A DNA stretch of 64,000 nucleotides from positions 202,556,001 through 202,620,000 of the forward strand of contig NC_058368.1 in the NCBI RefSeq assembly GCF_018350175.1, in the 5' to 3' direction. A program made the position numbers and the translations under genes. The notes below the pieces were generated by a model. That model searched no databases. It saw only the letters and a list, made by a program, of their open reading frames with translations, and was not told the DNA's origin. Source of the stretch: Felis catus. Its lineage: Eukaryota. Below, piece by piece: positions 25,695-38,075 of this stretch. Each line of letters opens with the position of its first letter. Position 1 is the stretch's first letter.

Positions 25695-28600
25695 TTTTAT
25701 TTTTTAATATGAAATTTATTGTCAAATTGGTTTCAATACAACACCCAGGGCTCATCCCAACAGGGCCCTCCTCAGTGCCCATCACCCACTTTCCCTGCCC
25801 TCCCACCCCCCATCAACCCTCAGTTTGTTCTCAGTTTTTAAGTTTCTTATGGTTTGGCTCCCTCCTGCTCTTTTTTTTTCCTTCCCCTCCCCCATGGTCT
25901 TCTGTTAAGTTCTCAGGATCCACATAAGAGTGAAAACATATGGGATCTGTCTTTCTCTGTATGACTTATTTCACTTAGCATCACACTCTCCAGTTCCATC
26001 CACGTTGCTACAAAAGGCCATATTTCATTCTTTCTCATTGCCACGTAGTATTCCATTGTGTATATAAACCACAATTTCTTCACCCATTCATCAGTTGATG
26101 GACATTTAGTCTCTTTCCATAATTTGGCTATTGTTGACAGTGCTGCTATAAACATTGAGATACAGGTGCCCCTATACATCAGCACTCCTGTATCCCTTGG
26201 GTAAATTCCTAGCAGTGCTATTGCTGGTTCATGGGGTAGGTCTATTTTTAATTTTTTGAGGAAACTCCACACTGTTTTCCAGAGTGGCTACACCAGTTTG
26301 CATTCCCACCAACAGTGCAAGAGGGTTCCCATTTCTCCACATCCTCTCCAGCATCTATAGTCTCCTGATTTGTTCATTTTGGCCACTCTGACTGGCGTGA
26401 GGTGATACCTGAGTGTGGTTTTGATTTGTATTTCCCTGATAAGGAGCGACGCTGAACATCTTTTCATGTGCCTGTTGGCCATCCGGATGTCTTCTTTAGA
26501 GAAGTATCTATTCATGTTTTGTGCCCATTTTTTCACTGGAGTTTTTGTTTTTTGGGTGTGGAGTTTGGTGAGTTCTTTATAGATATTGGATACCAGCCCT
26601 TTGTCTGATATGTCATTGCAAACATCTTTTCCCATTCTGTCAGTTACCTTTTAGTTTTGTTGTTTGTTTCCTTTGCAGTGCAGAAGCTTTTTATCTTCAT
26701 GAGGTCCCAATAGTTCATTTTTGCTTTTAATTCCCTTGCCTTTGGAGATGTGTCAAGTAAGAAATTGCTGCGCCTGAGGTCAGAGAGGTTTTTTCCTGCT
26801 TTCTCCCCTAGGATTTTGATGGTTTCCTGTCTCACATTCAAGTCATTTATCCATTTTGAGTTTATTTTTGTGAATGGTGTAAGAAAGTGGTCTAGTTTCA
26901 TTCTTCTGCATGTTGCTGTTCTCCCAGCACCATTTGTTAAAGAGACTTTTTTCCATTGGTATTCTTTCCTGCTTTGTCAAAGATTAGTTGGCCATACTTT
27001 TGTGGGTCCAATTCTGGAGTCTCTATTCTATTCCATTGGTCTATGTGTCTGTTTTTGTGCCAATACCATGCTGTCTTGATGATTATAGCTTTGTAGTAGA
27101 GGCTAAAGTTGGATTGTGATGCCTCCTGCTTTGGTCTTCTTCTTCAAAATTCCTTTGGCTATTCGGGGTCTTTTGTGGTTCCATACAAATTTTAGGATTG
27201 CTTGTTCTAGCTTCAAGAAGAATGCTGGTGCAATTTTGATTGGGATTGCATTGAATGTGTAGATAGCTTTGGGTAGTACTGACATTTTAACAATATTTAT
27301 TCTTCCAATCCATGAGCACGGAATGTTTTTCCATTTCTTTATATCTTCTTCAATTTCCTTCATAAGCTTTCTATAGTTTTCAGCATACAGATCTTTTACA
27401 TCTTTGGTTAGGTTTATTCCTAGGTATTTTATGCTTTTTGGTGCATTTGTGAATGGGATCAGTTTCTTTATTTGTCTTTCTGTTGCTTCATTATTACTGT
27501 ATAAGAATGCAACTGATTTCTGTACATTAATTTTGTATCCTGTGACTTTGCTGAATTCATGTATCAGTTCTAGCAGACTTTTGGTGGAGCCTATTGGTTT
27601 TTCCATGTATAATATCATGTCACCTGCAAAAATTGAAAGCTTGACTTCCTATTTGCCAGTTTTGATGCCTTTGATTTCCTTTTGTTGTCTGATTGCTGAT
27701 GCTAGCACTTCCAACCCTATGTCAAACAACAGCGGTGAGAGTGGACATCCCTGTAGTGTTCCTGATCTCAGGGGGAAAGCTCTCAGTTTTTCCCCATTGA
27801 GGATGATGTTAGCTGTGGGCTTTTCACAAATGGCTTTTATGATGTTTAAGTATGTTTCTTCTATCCCGACTTTCTCGAGGGTTTTTATTAAGAAAGGTTG
27901 CTGAATTTTGTCAAAGGCCTTTTTTGCATCGATTGACAGGATCATATGGTTCTTATCTTTTCTTTTACTAATGTGATGTATCATATTGATTGATTTGAGA
28001 ATGTTGAACCAGCCCTGCATCCCAGGAATGAATCCCACTTGATCATGGTGAATAATTCTTTTCATATGCTGTTGAATTCTATTTGCTAGTATCTTGTTGA
28101 GAATTTTTGCATCCATATTCATCAGGGATACTGGCCTGTAGTTCTCTTTCTTTGCTGGGTCTCTGTCTGGTTTGGGAATCAAAGTAATGCTGGCTTCATA
28201 GAATGAGTCTGGAAATTTTCCTTCCCTTTCTATTTTTTGTAACAGCTTGAGGAGGATAGGTATTATCTCTGCTTTAAATGTCTGGTAGAATTCCTCAGGG
28301 AAGCCATCTGGTCCTGGACACTTATTTGTTAGGAGATTTTTGATAACTGATTCAATTTCTTTGCTGGTTATGGGTCTGTTCAAGTTTTCTATTTCTTCCT
28401 GTTTGAGTTTTAGAAGTGTGTGGTTGTTTAGGAATTTGTCCATTTCTTCCAGGTTGTCCAGTTTGTTGGCGTATAATTTGTTATAGTATTCCCTGATAAT
28501 TGCTTGTATTTCTGAGGGATTGGTTGTAATAATTCCATTTTCATTCATGATTTTATCTATTTGGGCCATCTCCCTTTTCTTTTTGAGAAGCCTGACTAGA

Positions 28601-30499
28601 GGTTTATCAATTTTGTTTATTTTTTCAAAAAAACAACTCTTGGTTTCATTGATATGCTGTACAGTTTTTTTTAAGATTCTATATTGTTTATTTCTGCTCT
28701 GATCTTTATTATTTCTCTTCTTCTGCTGGGTTTGGGGTGTCTTTGCTGTTCTGCTTCTATTTCCTTTAGGTGTGCTGTTAGATTTTGGATTTGGGATTTT
28801 TCTTTTTTGGGGAGAGAGGCCTGGATTGCAATGTATTTTCCTCTCAGGACTGCCTTCACTGCATCCCAAAGCATTTGGATGTTGTATTTTCATTTTCATT
28901 TGTTTCCATATATTTTTTAATTTCTTCTCTAATTGCCTGGTTGACCTATTCATTCTTTAGTAGGGTGTTCTTTAACCTCCGTGCTTTTGGAGGTTTTCCA
29001 GACTTTTTCCTGTGGTTGATTTCAAGTTTCATAGCATTGTGGTCTGAAAGTGTACATGGTCTGATCTCAACTCTTTTAGACTTATTAAAGGCTGTTTTGT
29101 GACCCAGTGTGTAATCTATCTTGGAGAATGTTCCATGTGCACTCAAGAAGAAGTTATATTCTGTTTGGCATGCAGAGTTCTAAATATATCTGTCAAGTCC
29201 ATCTGATCCAATGTATCATTCAGGGCCCTTGTTTCTTTATTGATCCTGTGTCTAGATGATCTATCCACTGTTGTAAGTGGGGTATTAAAGTCACCTGCAA
29301 TTACCACATTCTCATCAATAAGGTTGCTTCTGTTTGTGATTCATTGTTTTATATATTTGGGGGCTCCCATTTCAGCACATAGACATTTATAATTGTTTTC
29401 TCTTCCTGATGGATAGACCCTGTAATTATTATATAACGCCCTTCTTCATCTCTTGTTACATCCTTTAATTTAAAGTCTAGTTTGTCTGATATAAGTATGG
29501 CTAGTCCAGCTTTCTTTTGATTTCCAGTAGCCTGACAGTTCTCATTCCCTCACTTCCAATCTGAAGGTGTCCTCAGGTCTGAAATGAGTCTCTTGTAGAC
29601 AGCAAATAGATGGGTCTTGTTTGTTTGTTTGTTTGTTTTTTATCCATTCTGATACCCTAGGTTTTTTTGGTTGGAGCATTCAGTCCATTTACATTCAGTG
29701 TTATTATAGAAAGATATGGGTTTAGAGTCATTGTGATGTCTTTTGGTTTCAGGCTTGTAGCGACGTCTCTGGTACTTTGTGGTCCTTGAAACATTTTGCT
29801 CACAGAATCCCCCTTAGGATCTTTTGTAGGGCTAGTTTAGTGGTGATGAATTCCTCCTTCAGTTTTTGTTTGTTTGGGAAAACCTGTATCTCTCCTTCTA
29901 TTCTGAATGACAGACTTGCTGGATAAAGGATTCTCAGCTGCATATTTTTTCTGTTCATCACATTGAAGATTTCCTGCCATTCCTTTCTGGCCTGCAAAGT
30001 TTCAGTAGATAGGTCTGCTGCTATTCTTATGTGTCTACCTTTGTAAGTTAGAGCCTGTTTATCCCTAGCTGCTTTCAGAATTTTCTCTTTATCCTTGTAT
30101 TTTGCCAGTTTTACTATGATATGTCATGCAGAAGATCGATTCAAGTTATGTCTGAAGGGAGTTCTCTGTGCCTCTTGGCTTTCAATGCCTTTTTCCTTCC
30201 CCAGATCAGTGAAGTTCTCAGCTATGATTTGTTCAAGTACACCTTCAGCCCTTTTCTCTCTCTCTCTTCATCTTCTGGAATTCTTGTTACAGATATTGTT
30301 CCGTTTGATTGCATTGCTTAGTTCTCTAATTCTCCCCTCATACTTCTGGATTTTTTTTCTTTCTTTTTCTCAGCCTCCTCTTTTTCCATAATTTTACTTT
30401 CTAATTCATCTATTGTCTCCTCTGCCTTTTCAGTCCATGCTATGGCTGCCTCCATTTTATTTTGCACCTCATTTATAGCATTTTTAAGCTCCTCATGAC
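25695..30499 (-). mobile_element. 5'-truncated LINE-1 (felid L1_Fc-like): 3' part of ORF1, whole degenerate ORF2, 3'UTR and A-tail
   Basis: ORF1 coiled-coil HEELKNAINEVQNKMEAA begins at the junction and ORF1 ends at 29800 (...LQKILRGIL). ORF2 starts MTLNPYLSIITLNVNGLN at 29731. RT fragments at 27649-28953 and 27103-27618, C-domain at 26288-26635, ORF2 end at 25913. TSD gtttayttattta at 25682-25694 / 30607-30619. Confidence 0.97.
25913..29731 (-). pseudogene. Disrupted L1 ORF2 (endonuclease / reverse transcriptase / C-domain)
   Basis: Split over several ORF-track fragments by frameshifts and stops. The RT motif reads FAGD (27630-27619) instead of FADD. Confidence 0.93.
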
Positions 30500-30557
30500 A
30501 AAAATATGGAACACTTCACAAATTTGTATGTCATCCTTGCACAGGGGCCATGCTAAA

Positions 30558-30595
<38 letters not shown>

Positions 30596-30606
30596 AAAGT
30601 GAGCAC
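30500..30606 (-). pseudogene. RNU6: Full-length U6 snRNA retrocopy, 5' part of a U6/L1 chimera
   Basis: Minus strand reads GTGCTCACTTTGGCAGCACATATACTAAAATTGGAACGATACAGAGAAGTTTAGCATGGCCCCTGTGCAAGGATGACATACAAATTTGTGAAGTGTTCCATATTTTT (107 nt). It has 8 substitutions versus canonical vertebrate U6, 7 of them at CpGs. The upstream sequence is a SINE tail, not a PSE/TATA promoter. Confidence 0.97.
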
Positions 30607-30802
30607 GTTTATTTATTTAGAGAGAAGAGAGGATGTGAGCCAGGGGATGGGCAGGGAGAGAGAGGGAGAAAGAATCCCAAGCAGGCTCTGTTCTGTCAGC
30701 ACACAGCTCAAAGTGGGGCTTGAACTCACAACCAGTGAGATCATGACCTGAGCTGAAATCAAGAATTGGATGCTTAACCAAATGAGACACACTGCTGTCC
30801 CC
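30607..30802 (-). mobile_element. CanSINE body, interrupted in its A-tail by the U6/L1 chimera (tail remnant at 25669-25694)
   Basis: tRNA-like head with B box GAGTTCAAGCC and a CT-rich linker. Its own TSD aaattgtccaaatttt 25653-25668 / aaattgccccaatttt 30804-30819 (14/16) encloses the whole chimera. Confidence 0.9.
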
Positions 30803-31117
30803 AAAATTGCCCCAATTTTGAGTGAAATTATCATTTCTATGAAATATCATCTGTATCACTGTTTATATTAACATCCATGGCATGATTTTCCCAATATTTC
30901 AATGGTAGATGTCTATTAACACTATAATATTTTATATAATATGTGTACTACAAAATAGATAATGTAATTGCCAAATATTGACCAGTATTTCAAAATTGAC
31001 AAATCCAGTGTTTTGTTTTTGCTTGTATGTCTGGGTATGTGCTAGCATTTGTGTGTATGTGTGTGTGTAGCTCTAGAAAAGTTATCAACAGAGTAGGTTG
31101 TGAAGAGAAAATGCTAA

Positions 31118-31315
31118 GGGCACCTGGGTCGCTAATCAGTTAAGCGTCTGACTCTTGATTATGGCTCAGGTCATTGTCTCATGGTTTGTGAGTTTGAGCC
31201 TGCATCAGGCTCCACGCTGACAGCACAAGAGCCTCCTTGGAATTGTCTTTTCCTTTCTTTCCTCCCGTCTCTCTCTCTCTCTTTCAAAATAAATAAAATA
31301 AACTTAAAAAAAGAG
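31118..31315 (+). mobile_element. CanSINE
   Basis: gggcacctgggtcgct...gagtttgagcc...aaaataaataaa. Confidence 0.88.
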
Positions 31316-32176
31316 AAAGAAAATACTAAAGGTAACAAAATATTGGAATTTATCATTGTAAATTTTTATGAATTTTTAGAAAGCATATATATTTTAGTCT
31401 ATAAACTTCTGTTTGTATAAAAGGAATATATAAAAATGCTGCATTAATAGGGGAAACCATGGCAATAGATACTTTAAAATATCATTTTTGGAAACAAAAT
31501 AGATTTATTTTGTTGGAGTACAAAATATTCTAGATTATTAGTGGTATTTTATTATTAAAATTTTTTTACACTTTCAAGTGATCATGAGGCCTCATTCCTT
31601 TTTTCTGAGTGACTGAAGCGACTAAAATAAATCTCTCTCTCTTCCATCCTTTGTTTCTCTCTCTCTCTCCCTCTGTCTCCCTTTCTCTCTCTCTATATAT
31701 ATATATACATACACATACATACATATACACACATATATGTAAATGAAAATCTATCATTTAATTACAAAGGAGAAATTCAATACTTAGAAAAAGAGAGTCA
31801 ACTAAACTATAAAAACACAGTAGACCATGTTCAGTCTCAGTGTATACACAGTGTGGCTAGCAAAATCTTTCATAAAAATCTTTGTGAGAAGTAGTCTACA
31901 ATTGTTTTGTTATGAAACATAAGAAAGAATAATCCTTTCTATATTTTACATATGAAATGTGGAATATTTTATAGGTTATACTGGATTCGAAGTTGTGTTA
32001 AGTCACATGGAGGTCCCAGCTCAGCCAATCCATTGACCTTTGAGAGCTGTCCATTCTCTAATTGCTTCTCATTCGTCCAAAGGTTGATCTGAGAATTAAA
32101 ATCCGGTATGGGCGGGGGGAGGAGTACGTACAATCTAGAAAGAAATTTACTAAAGTGTAATATAATATTATTATTT

Positions 32177-32390
32177 AAAAAATTTTTTAGTCTTTATTTG
32201 TTTTTGAGAGAGAGAGAGACAGAATGTGAGTCGGGGAGGAGCAGAGAGAGAGGGAGACACAGAATCCGAAGCTGGCTCCAGACTCCAAGCTGTCAGCACA
32301 GAGTCCGACACAGGGCTCGAACTCATGAGCTATCAGATTGTGACCTGAGCCAAAATCGGACACTCAACCGACTGAACCACCCAGGTGCCC
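32177..32390 (-). mobile_element. CanSINE
   Basis: Flanked by t(a/g)taatattattattt. Confidence 0.92.
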
Positions 32391-35300
32391 TGTAATATTA
32401 TTATTTTAAAAATAGAGAATAATTGCTGGCAACCCTAGAGTCCCACAGTTTTAGGAAAAGAATTTGGCATGCACAGATAGAAAGGGTTTTACTTCAAAAC
32501 ACATATTCTTTCATTTAAAGAAGTCAAAGGACGTGCCAAACCTTGGTTGAGCTTATTTGTCAAACCTACTGAATATTTTTTTTCTAGGGCTTGTACTTCT
32601 CATACTGAAGGGGCTCTTTTAAGAAATGCTTTCTGGTTAAATATGGGTTAGATGCTCTTCGTGGTTCCTAGGTATCATATGAGAGAGCAGCTGGTCTGAC
32701 GCTCATTATGGTAGGTATCAGAAGCTATCAACTGCTTGGGTAGTATGATTCCAGTGCCCAGAAATTCGGTGATAGTCTAAAATTTTCAGGAGAAGAGGTG
32801 ATATCAATTTAAATGTTTTCTTGGTTTGTTATAATTGGTTACATATATCTAACTTCTGACAAAATGTTCTAAGTGTCAATATGGCAAAGCTATTTTATTT
32901 GTATGTAGGCAGTGCTTATTAATCATCCAGAAGGCCTGTGTCAGATTTTGGGATGGGTGAAAAAACAAATAATTTAAGCCTCACTTTCTCTACTTTCTTA
33001 CCTTCTTATAGACTCACTGTAACATTTCTCTAAGAAATACAATTTTATTCCATAAAGCATTTGTGTATATTAGTTTCTTCATTTGTTCCTCACAATATGC
33101 CTTTGATTTTCCCAGCTGACACGAGACCCAAAGGGTCAGAACTATGTTACTCAACTTAGAATAACCCATGGCCAAGCACATGTCTTATAATGGCATCCGT
33201 TAAATATTGGAAGAATTAATGAACAAACGAATGAGCTCACAGGATGTCAAAAAAGTTCAAGGAAGTTAAGCAACTTACCAAGTGACCAGAGAAGCTGTGA
33301 ACAGGAGGCAAAGGGTTGGATAGCGTGAAGATCTGAGCACACAGAAGATAGGCTAAAGGCCCCTGAAAAACAAGTCCCAGACACAGTTTCAGAAGAATTA
33401 GGATAAAATCCTCAAAGTCTTATGCATTATTTGGAGCATGGGTAACATTTTGTGCAAATCTTGTACAACATCAAGAGATAACTTTGAGACTGATTTTGGG
33501 TAAGGTTTTACATGGCAAGGCTTACCAGATAAGAGCCTATAACTTTTCTAGAAATAAAAAGTGACTTCAAAATATGTATCTCAAATAATATTTTAGAGTT
33601 CTGGGGAAATGTATGCTGATTTGTGATTTTCACATATAGACCCTGAGTGTTATGGTTGAAACTTGTTGAAAAATGGCTCAGTGAAAAGGAGGATGGTGGA
33701 AGCCAAACCCCAGTAAATTCAGGTGAAAATGGTTTCTTATAGAAAAGGTTGGGAAGTCAGAGAAGCCAAGGGTGGGTATGTAGGCGATATGACAGAAGGC
33801 TTTCTGTTGAAGATGGAAGATCCTTGAATAAGCTCATATGTGTAGTAGCCACTTGAGAAGGAAAAGGGATTGTAACAGGCTAGGCAAAGAATGATTGGTA
33901 GAGAAAGGTCAAGTGTAATTAGGAAAGGATGGGATTGATTCTAGGGCAAAGGTAGAGGTATATCCATATATTGGATGAAAGGAGAGGTTCTTCTTCCACT
34001 GAGAAAAGAGTATGAATAGTAAGAAATTTGGTTATTAAACAACTTAATAATGATGGTTATGTCAGCAGCAGCAGGGACCACTGGGGAGGAGGCATAACAA
34101 ATGGGTAGGGGCTGACTGGGAATTGTAGCATCACAATTTGTTTCTGAGAAGAAAATAACAAAATTCTTTTGTTGTTGGTGTTAGAATGCTGAGAAGGAGG
34201 AAGACCCAAGGAGGCTAGAAGAAAATGCAAAAGTTTGAAATAACTGTTTAGGAATAAGTAATATTTTTATATGTATTAAGTAAAGTAGCTGTGACCTCTA
34301 CACTTGTCAGGCATCACTGAGGGACCAACCAATTCTGAAAAGCATGAATTCATGGTTAATCTATAAGCAAGGCCAATCCCAACATGGTCTGATTCCTGAC
34401 TATGCATATCTTACACATTTATTTCTTTGTCCCTGCACTGTTGGAATTCTATGATCTTGTTCTACTGAATTTCCTTACAGTTTCCAAATGAGCAATTCTC
34501 TCTCATACTTTCATGTTGCTCCCTGTGTTTCAAATTTTCTTTTTGCCATGTTTCATCTATTTAGCTTTCATGCTTCAAGATACTATTCCATTTCTCATCA
34601 GTTTCTGAAACTTCTTGAGATTAGGGAGCATATCTTGGTGCACTCATCACAAAGAGTGCCCGGCACATAACAGGTTGATGCATCATAGGCTCATCATACC
34701 ACAATATTTTGTGCCTTGATTGGAGAAATTTAAGCTGGTTGCCTTAGGGGTGGTGGACACTTCAATCACTGATTGTTGGGCCTTACTCCTTGTGTATATA
34801 TTTGATTTCTCCTTTAATACTGTGGGAGATGCATGGGATTTCTGAAGAATCACCTAACTTCTATAGCCCTGCAGGCATTGTACACTTGTCAAGCTATTTA
34901 TTATCAGAAAAACACTTTTTTTAGAATTGGTCCAAATATGACTTTATTTTCCTATTACAGTTCTTTAGGAATTCCCCACTATTGCTTCCAGAATAAAATC
35001 TAAATGCTATTTGGTGACTTCCATAGCTCTTCACTTCAGCCTCTCTTTTCATTCATAGGGCTTATATTTTTCTTAAATGCCCTGGCTTCCCATCACATAA
35101 AATTGACTTTCCCTCAAAATACAATGGCATTTCATATCTCAGAAACTTGATGCTATGCCTCAGCCTTATTCTCTGTGAAATCCTACTCTAAACTGCAACT
35201 CAAATAAAATATCTTACTCTGTGAAGCCCATAGGCAACGTCCCTCACTCTTCTCAACTCAAGGTTAATTATTTCCTTTTAGGGAAGATCTTAGGGCCTTA

Positions 35301-35999
35301 CCTATGTCAGAATCAATTAGGTATATGTCAGGCTTTCCGAAAACATCATTAAATATTTGAGAGCAAAGATGTAATGTGATTTGTTTTTGTTGCAAGCATT
35401 CAGTACCTGGTGAATTGTATAATCAAAGCTTTAAAGCTAGAGGTTCTAACCCAAACCTTTGACATGAGCTTTGAATGGTTACAGCTCCTTAATTTCTTTA
35501 TAGAATATGGTTCACAACACTCAGTGTCAAATCATAGACTAAATGAAAATACTTGAACATTAAGCATAGGGATAGATGGAGGAATCACGGTAGCTGGGAT
35601 GTTATTTATCACACAGTTATAGGGTTCTGGATACTTTCCCCAGTATTCTTTAACTTGCCACATCATTTTCAAGCAAAATAGAACTGCGACCCTTGGAGTC
35701 TCTCAAGTTCTTTCATTTTCCCCATGTGAAAGTATTACAGCAGATTTTAAAGATCAATTTTTATGAACTCTGGTAAACCCCAAGGGCCTTTTAATCTCTT
35801 TTATGATAATATGGAAAAGCTCCATGTCTTTTAAAGTAATATTATCCACAATTCAATGAAAGTACAACTGACTTGTATTATTTTTATATTACAACAGGTT
35901 ATAAACTGTCCCTGTCCTTTGATTGATACGAATTGCTGTAACATGAGAAAATTAAATATTTTTGTTCAATTTTCCTCAATGCAAAATAGTCTTTGTCTT

Positions 36000-36340
36000 T
36001 TAATAAATACATATTGACTTACTGTTAAGTGCCTTTTAGTGTTTAAGTGCTTAGGATCCTTCAGTGAAAAAAAGAGAAAAAATGTTCCCATTCCTATGAA
36101 GTTTCTATTTTATGGAGAGGCATACAGAAATAAACACAATAAAAAGTAAATCACATAATATTATGAAATCACAAGTTTTATGTAAAAGAAAAAAAAAGGA
36201 AAAGCAAGGTAAGAGGATCAGGAATGTGAGAGCATGGGTGTTGGGTAGTGTTGGGAGAAAGCAGTTTGTAGTAATAGACCAGGTGGTTAGGGAAGGCCTC
36301 AGTGAAATGAAACTTTGAGCCAAGACTTAAATAAGGGATA
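36000..36340 (-). mobile_element. L2 3' fragment
   Basis: ataaatacatattga...cagtgaa...ggtggttagggaaggcctc...tttgagccaagac. Confidence 0.65.
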
Positions 36341-37894
36341 ATGGCAGATGTTGTTGGTAAGTCTTATGGTTTCATCCAAATTTAGACAATCCTTATTTAA
36401 TACATGTTACATACTCTCCAGCCAAGATTACTATATTCACAGACCGTCTTAAGTATAAAAATTAGTTGTGTTCTATCATTTCAAAATAGCAAAAGCCAAA
36501 TTAGTATTTCCAGTTCAAGACCTGTGTTTCTTCTCTGTCACCCTATTTTCCTAGAAAAAAAATCAGAAAATGCCCTTGTGCGTGTACATATATCTTTTAA
36601 AAGTCATTGATGGCAATAGATTTTCATGTTTGAGATGTTCACATTAGGGAAAAGCTCTGACAGAATATGCCTTTTGATTTTGAAATGGCCTAGATATATC
36701 AAAAACAGTGATTGGGCCACCATACATTGCTCTAACCAAAAGGATTTATAGAGCTGATTCTGCACAATTTCCATCCTCTTACTGACCTTTTAAATGTACT
36801 ATGCTGTTATCAAAAATGTATTTGATATTGAACAAGAAATATTTTTAAGAAAGCCTGAGTGTGAGTCACTACATAAAACTTTTATTCATGTCTAAACTCA
36901 CAAAGTGCAAAGCATGGCAAAAAACGCATACTCACCATTTTCAAAATCTTAAACATCTACTGATATTACACACTAGAGTTTCATTTTAAGTACATTATTT
37001 AGAAACATTTTTCAGTACTGTTGAACAGTCTGTGGACAAGGACCTAAAGATGTTAATGTAGTGACATTATCATTCCAACTTATTTTGGCATTAGGTAGAA
37101 GAATGTTCAAAGTTTTAATATATCTTTTACAATTGTACAGCTTAAGAAAGTAAGAAACAATTACTGATAAAGGAAATGTGAAATGCCTGATGAATTCAAC
37201 GGGAACACAAATGGAAATATAAAAGAGATAATCATTAAAAGTAGACAGAAGAGATTGGCCTTTGGACAACTAGGATAATTGTGAATATCTGTACATAGAT
37301 AATTTGACTGTTTACTGCCATTTATTGTGTTCATATTTGAAGATTTATATAAATTACCCTTTAATTTAAAAATGGAAAGATTTTAACTGTATATACACAA
37401 ATATAATTTTATATGTATGTAGATAGATAGATAGATAGATATTCCTATACTATATCATTTCTTATAATAATATACCTTTACAATAGTCCTAAAATATTTC
37501 ACTTAAGTTACACATTAAAGATTTTGATGAGAAATAATTGTCATACATGGAGATAAGTCCTGTTTTTAGGCTGTGCTACATAACTATAGTAAGATAATTA
37601 ATTCTTCATCATTTATTTGTTAGAGTTTCATTTTGTTTTTTAATAGCTTTGTTACTGATTTTATTGAATGGCTTAAAAATTCACCTTATTATGTGTCATC
37701 AATGATAGACGATGATAATTCCCACATAAAGTATGGAGATACAGCTAGTGCAACAACTTTTGATGGTGTATAATTCTGGATACATCCCTGAGGGGTGCAT
37801 CTTTTATTTAACATCACATGTAATATTTATCTTTTATATGATTCTTAGCAGAATAGTTCCCTGTGATGTTGCTTCAAAACCAAGGTTTTAGCAA

Positions 37895-38075
37895 TAAACA
37901 GAATGGATTTGAAATATGGTTCCACTTCTTCCAGCTTGGATAAAATTTAGTTAAATTACCTAATTTCCATAACTCTTCGATTGCTCATATGTGAAATGGA
38001 GATAATTGGATAACAATCTTGATGCTCTTTGAGGGTTAAATGTAAGCACTTAGAATTAATCAATATATAATAGCT
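37895..38075 (+). mobile_element. MIR remnant
   Basis: ctcatatgtgaaatggagataat...tgagggttaaatgtaagcacttag. Confidence 0.6.

Noticed and set aside
27649..28953. 434-aa ORF as a novel RT gene or an active L1
   Set aside because: It is a frameshifted L1 ORF2 fragment. The element lacks the 5'UTR and ORF1 start, and its RT motif is FAGD.
30500..30606. Functional U6 gene
   Set aside because: No upstream PSE/TATA, heavy CpG decay, fused to L1 and flanked by a TSD.
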